From Mycobacteriales bacterium (GTDB taxonomy: Bacteria > Actinomycetota > Actinomycetes > Mycobacteriales > Jatrophihabitantaceae), in assembly GCA_038212215.1 (NCBI GenBank), contig JBBQUT010000008.1:82854-106853 (forward strand): a DNA stretch of 24,000 bases, in the 5' to 3' direction. The translations under genes and the position numbers were made by a program. How positions within the stretch are numbered: position 1 is the first letter of the stretch; each line of letters opens with the position of its first letter. The notes under the pieces were generated by a model. The model saw nothing but the letters and a program-made list of their open reading frames with translations. It was not told where the DNA came from and ran no database searches. Of the stretch, positions 22,087 to 24,000 are shown in pieces.

Positions 22087-22993
22087 GCGCCGCGGACGGC
22101 ACTGCCACCGAGAGGATGCCGTCCCGGACGAGCACCGGCAGCGGCTCGAGGTGCTCGCTCGGGTCGTCGAGACCAGCGCCTGCGCGGCGAACGTCGAAAT
22201 GTGCATGGCACGAGCCGCACCGCAGCACGCCAGTGCCGACCGGATCGCCCAGCCGGCGCTCGACGACACCGCCGGCGAGGCTTTGCCCGCAGTGCGCACA
22301 GCGGTCGCGGAAACAGAAAACGTCATTGCCGATGCGGCAGGCGCACACGACAAGGCCCGCAATGTCGAAACCGGCGAGCGCGCCGGACGCGAGGCCGGCA
22401 AGCTCCGGCAGCGCCGCCCAAGTCGCGTCCGCCGGGCGGTCGATCCGTGCCCGCAGCGAGTCGAGCGAGATCACCCCGCCGACCGGACGCGCATCGCTAG
22501 GCCCGCTGGCATCGACCTCGATGCGTGTCATCTCCGGCGCGGCGGCTTCGACCGCACCTTCGACCGCGAGTTGCAGCGTGACTGACGACGACGGGCATCC
22601 GTCGCAGCTGCCGAGCAGCCGCAATCGAACCACGCCGGCGTCGTCGATCCCGACCAGTTCGACATCGCCGCCGTGTGAGCCGAGGTAAGGCCGCACTGTG
22701 TCCAGCGCGCGCCGGATGCGGGTCTCGGCGTCGTAGGGATGCAGATCGTGCACAAGCAGCAGGCCCGACACCAGTTCGTCGTCGACGAGCGCGTCCAGAA
22801 CCGATGCGTCGAGCCGGCCCGCGTCATCGAGAATTTCCAGCACCCGTCCCAGTCCCGCGCCGTATAACCCGGACACGCAAGCGACCAAGTCCTCGGCCCG
22901 CGTTCGCGAGGCCGGTCCCCCGGCGGCGCTTGCCTCGATCAGCGCCTCGATCCGGTCACCGACCGAGCGCAATTGTTCGTTCGCTACCGTCAT
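22079..22993 (-). CDS. hhyE: Hydrogenase-associated putative Fe-S protein: NifU-C-like domain plus Rieske-like domain (HhyE-type), 304 aa
   Basis: I shortened the start to ATG 22993, which forms ATGA with the hhyL stop. The NifU-like region is VRPYLGSHGGDVELVGIDDAGVVRLRLLGSCDGCPSSSVTL. The C-terminus CFRDRCAHCGQSL...VLRCGSCHAHFDV shows a CxH...CxxH Rieske-type pattern with extra Cys residues. Confidence 0.8.
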   Translation of the reverse strand: MTVANEQLRSVGDRIEALIEASAAGGPASRTRAEDLVACVSGLYGAGLGRVLEILDDAGRLDASVLDALVDDELVSGLLLVHDLHPYDAETRIRRALDTVRPYLGSHGGDVELVGIDDAGVVRLRLLGSCDGCPSSSVTLQLAVEGAVEAAAPEMTRIEVDASGPSDARPVGGVISLDSLRARIDRPADATWAALPELAGLASGALAGFDIAGLVVCACRIGNDVFCFRDRCAHCGQSLAGGVVERRLGDPVGTGVLRCGSCHAHFDVRRAGAGLDDPSEHLEPLPVLVRDGILSVAVPSAALS

Positions 22994-24000
22994 TCGCCGG
23001 TGACGGACTGCGTGGGCGAATGCAGGGTCTGCAACGTCTTGCCTTCGCCGAGGTACATGTGCACGCCGCACGGCAGGCACGGATCGAAGCTGCGGACCGT
23101 GCGCATGATGTCGATTCCCTTGAAGTGCTCGCGATCGTTCTCCTCGAAGATCGGCTGACCCTGCACGGCGTCCTCGTAAGGGCCGGGTGTGCCATAGGAA
23201 TCGCGCGGGTTCGCATTCCACGGCGTCGGCGGATACGGATGGTAGTTGGCAATCTTGCCGTCGCGGATCACCATGTGGTGGCTGAGCACCCCGCGCACGG
23301 CCTCGGTGAAGCCGCAGCCGATTCCCTCGTCAGGAACTTCGAACGTTTCCCACGTCTTGGTCCGACCGGCACGAATCTCCACGAGCGCTTTCTCGGCGAA
23401 GTGCAACGCGCACGCCGCGGCGTAGGCCTGGAAGTAGGTGCGGGCCCGGTTGCGCTCGATGGTGTTGCTCCACTGCGGGATCTTCCATTCGAACTCGACC
23501 GGCGGCTTCAATGCGGTCTTCGGCAAGTTGATCTTGACGCTGCTGCCGGTCGACTTGACGTAGCCGATGTCGACCAAGCCGGCCAGCGCGGTCGTCCACA
23601 ATCTGGCGAGCGGGCCACCGCCTGTGTCGAGCGCGAGATAGTCCTTGCCGTCGTACCAGCGCGGCGACATCACCCAGCTGTACTTGTCGTCCAGGTTGCG
23701 CTTCTGCGGGCGGGGGTTCGTGTGCTGGTTCCACGGGTGGCGACGATCCACCGGATTGCCCAGCGGATCGGTCTTGACGAAGGTCTCCTGTCCTTCCCAG
23801 TCGTCGTAGTAGGAGCTGCCGAGCAGGATCCGGATGCCGAGGTTGATCTCCACCAGGTCCGTGGTGACCAGCTTGCCGTCAACGACGATGCCGGGGGTCA
23901 CGTACATCTTGCGACCCCACTGCGTCATGTCCTTGTAGTCGAAATTGCAATACTCCGGATCCTGGAATGACCCCCAACACGCAAGCAGCGTGCGGCGAAG
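22990..24000 (-). CDS. hhyL: [NiFe]-hydrogenase large subunit, group 1h/5 (Hhy-type); C-terminal 336 aa only, 5' end beyond the right edge
   Basis: The frame stays open upstream of the listed M at 23928 to position 24000 (...LRRTLLACWGSFQDPEYCNFDYKDMTQWGRK...). The C-terminal Ni-binding motif is RSFDPCLPCGVH, followed by a 22-aa tail. The genomic context is a protease, hyp genes and an HhyE-like gene. Confidence 0.9.
   Translation of the reverse strand, partial: LRRTLLACWGSFQDPEYCNFDYKDMTQWGRKMYVTPGIVVDGKLVTTDLVEINLGIRILLGSSYYDDWEGQETFVKTDPLGNPVDRRHPWNQHTNPRPQKRNLDDKYSWVMSPRWYDGKDYLALDTGGGPLARLWTTALAGLVDIGYVKSTGSSVKINLPKTALKPPVEFEWKIPQWSNTIERNRARTYFQAYAAACALHFAEKALVEIRAGRTKTWETFEVPDEGIGCGFTEAVRGVLSHHMVIRDGKIANYHPYPPTPWNANPRDSYGTPGPYEDAVQGQPIFEENDREHFKGIDIMRTVRSFDPCLPCGVHMYLGEGKTLQTLHSPTQSVTGE

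Noticed and set aside
22675-23970. A 431-aa plus-strand ORF. Similar cases are 7846..8964 (372 aa, opposite lat) and 19955..20683 and 20766..21539 (opposite the unknown genes).
   Set aside because: Each is antisense to a well-supported or tightly operon-coupled minus-strand gene, and none has recognisable motifs.
1-24000. A scan for CRISPR arrays, IS elements, integrases, tRNA or rRNA genes, and known defence-system signatures.
   Set aside because: No regularly spaced repeats were seen. No transposase, integrase or recombinase-like ORFs were seen. No cloverleaf-like or rRNA-like conserved segments were recognised. The only repeats seen are the two short tandem duplications reported above.

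Overview
This is a high-GC (roughly 68-70% by eye) actinobacterial-type chromosomal segment with no rRNA, tRNA, CRISPR array, transposase or integrase that I can recognise. The ORF track omits ORFs that run off the window edges and often gives over-long N-termini, so I re-derived several starts by hand.

Left end (1-3994, minus strand): a translationally coupled signalling operon of a multi-TM HisKA_3 histidine kinase, a receiver-only response regulator, and a multi-TM GGDEF-EAL protein that runs off the left edge. The kinase and the GGDEF-EAL protein carry visibly homologous membrane sensor domains.

Middle (4.1-12.5 kb): mixed housekeeping and stress genes.
- A frameshifted MFS-transporter remnant.
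- A triad of small membrane protein, sulfite-oxidase-family molybdoenzyme and cytochrome b.
- An SRPBCC protein, a cupredoxin lipoprotein and a DUF1330-like protein.
- lat-lrpA (lysine 6-aminotransferase plus Lrp/AsnC regulator, in the same order as M. tuberculosis Rv3290c-Rv3291c).
- Glutathione peroxidase, a VOC/glyoxalase protein, an AlkB-like dioxygenase and a CPA1 cation/proton antiporter.

Right half (12.6-24 kb, all minus strand): the distal part of a group 1h/5 (Hhy-type, high-affinity, O2-tolerant) [NiFe]-hydrogenase cluster. The gene order is: hhyL (5' end off the window), a NifU/Rieske-like hhyE, three conserved proteins of unknown function, two micro-ORFs, the maturation endopeptidase, a hypC paralog, another unknown protein, then hypF-hypC-hypD-hypE. 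Most junctions are ATGA/GTGA overlaps.

The most interesting content is the set of uncharacterised genes embedded in this hydrogenase operon. These are a 220-aa Cys/His-motif protein, a 213-aa protein, a 474-aa protein, a 34-aa TM peptide, a 66-aa acidic disordered protein, and a 251-aa protein whose C-terminus looks like an internal HypC module. hypA, hypB and hhyS are not in the window.
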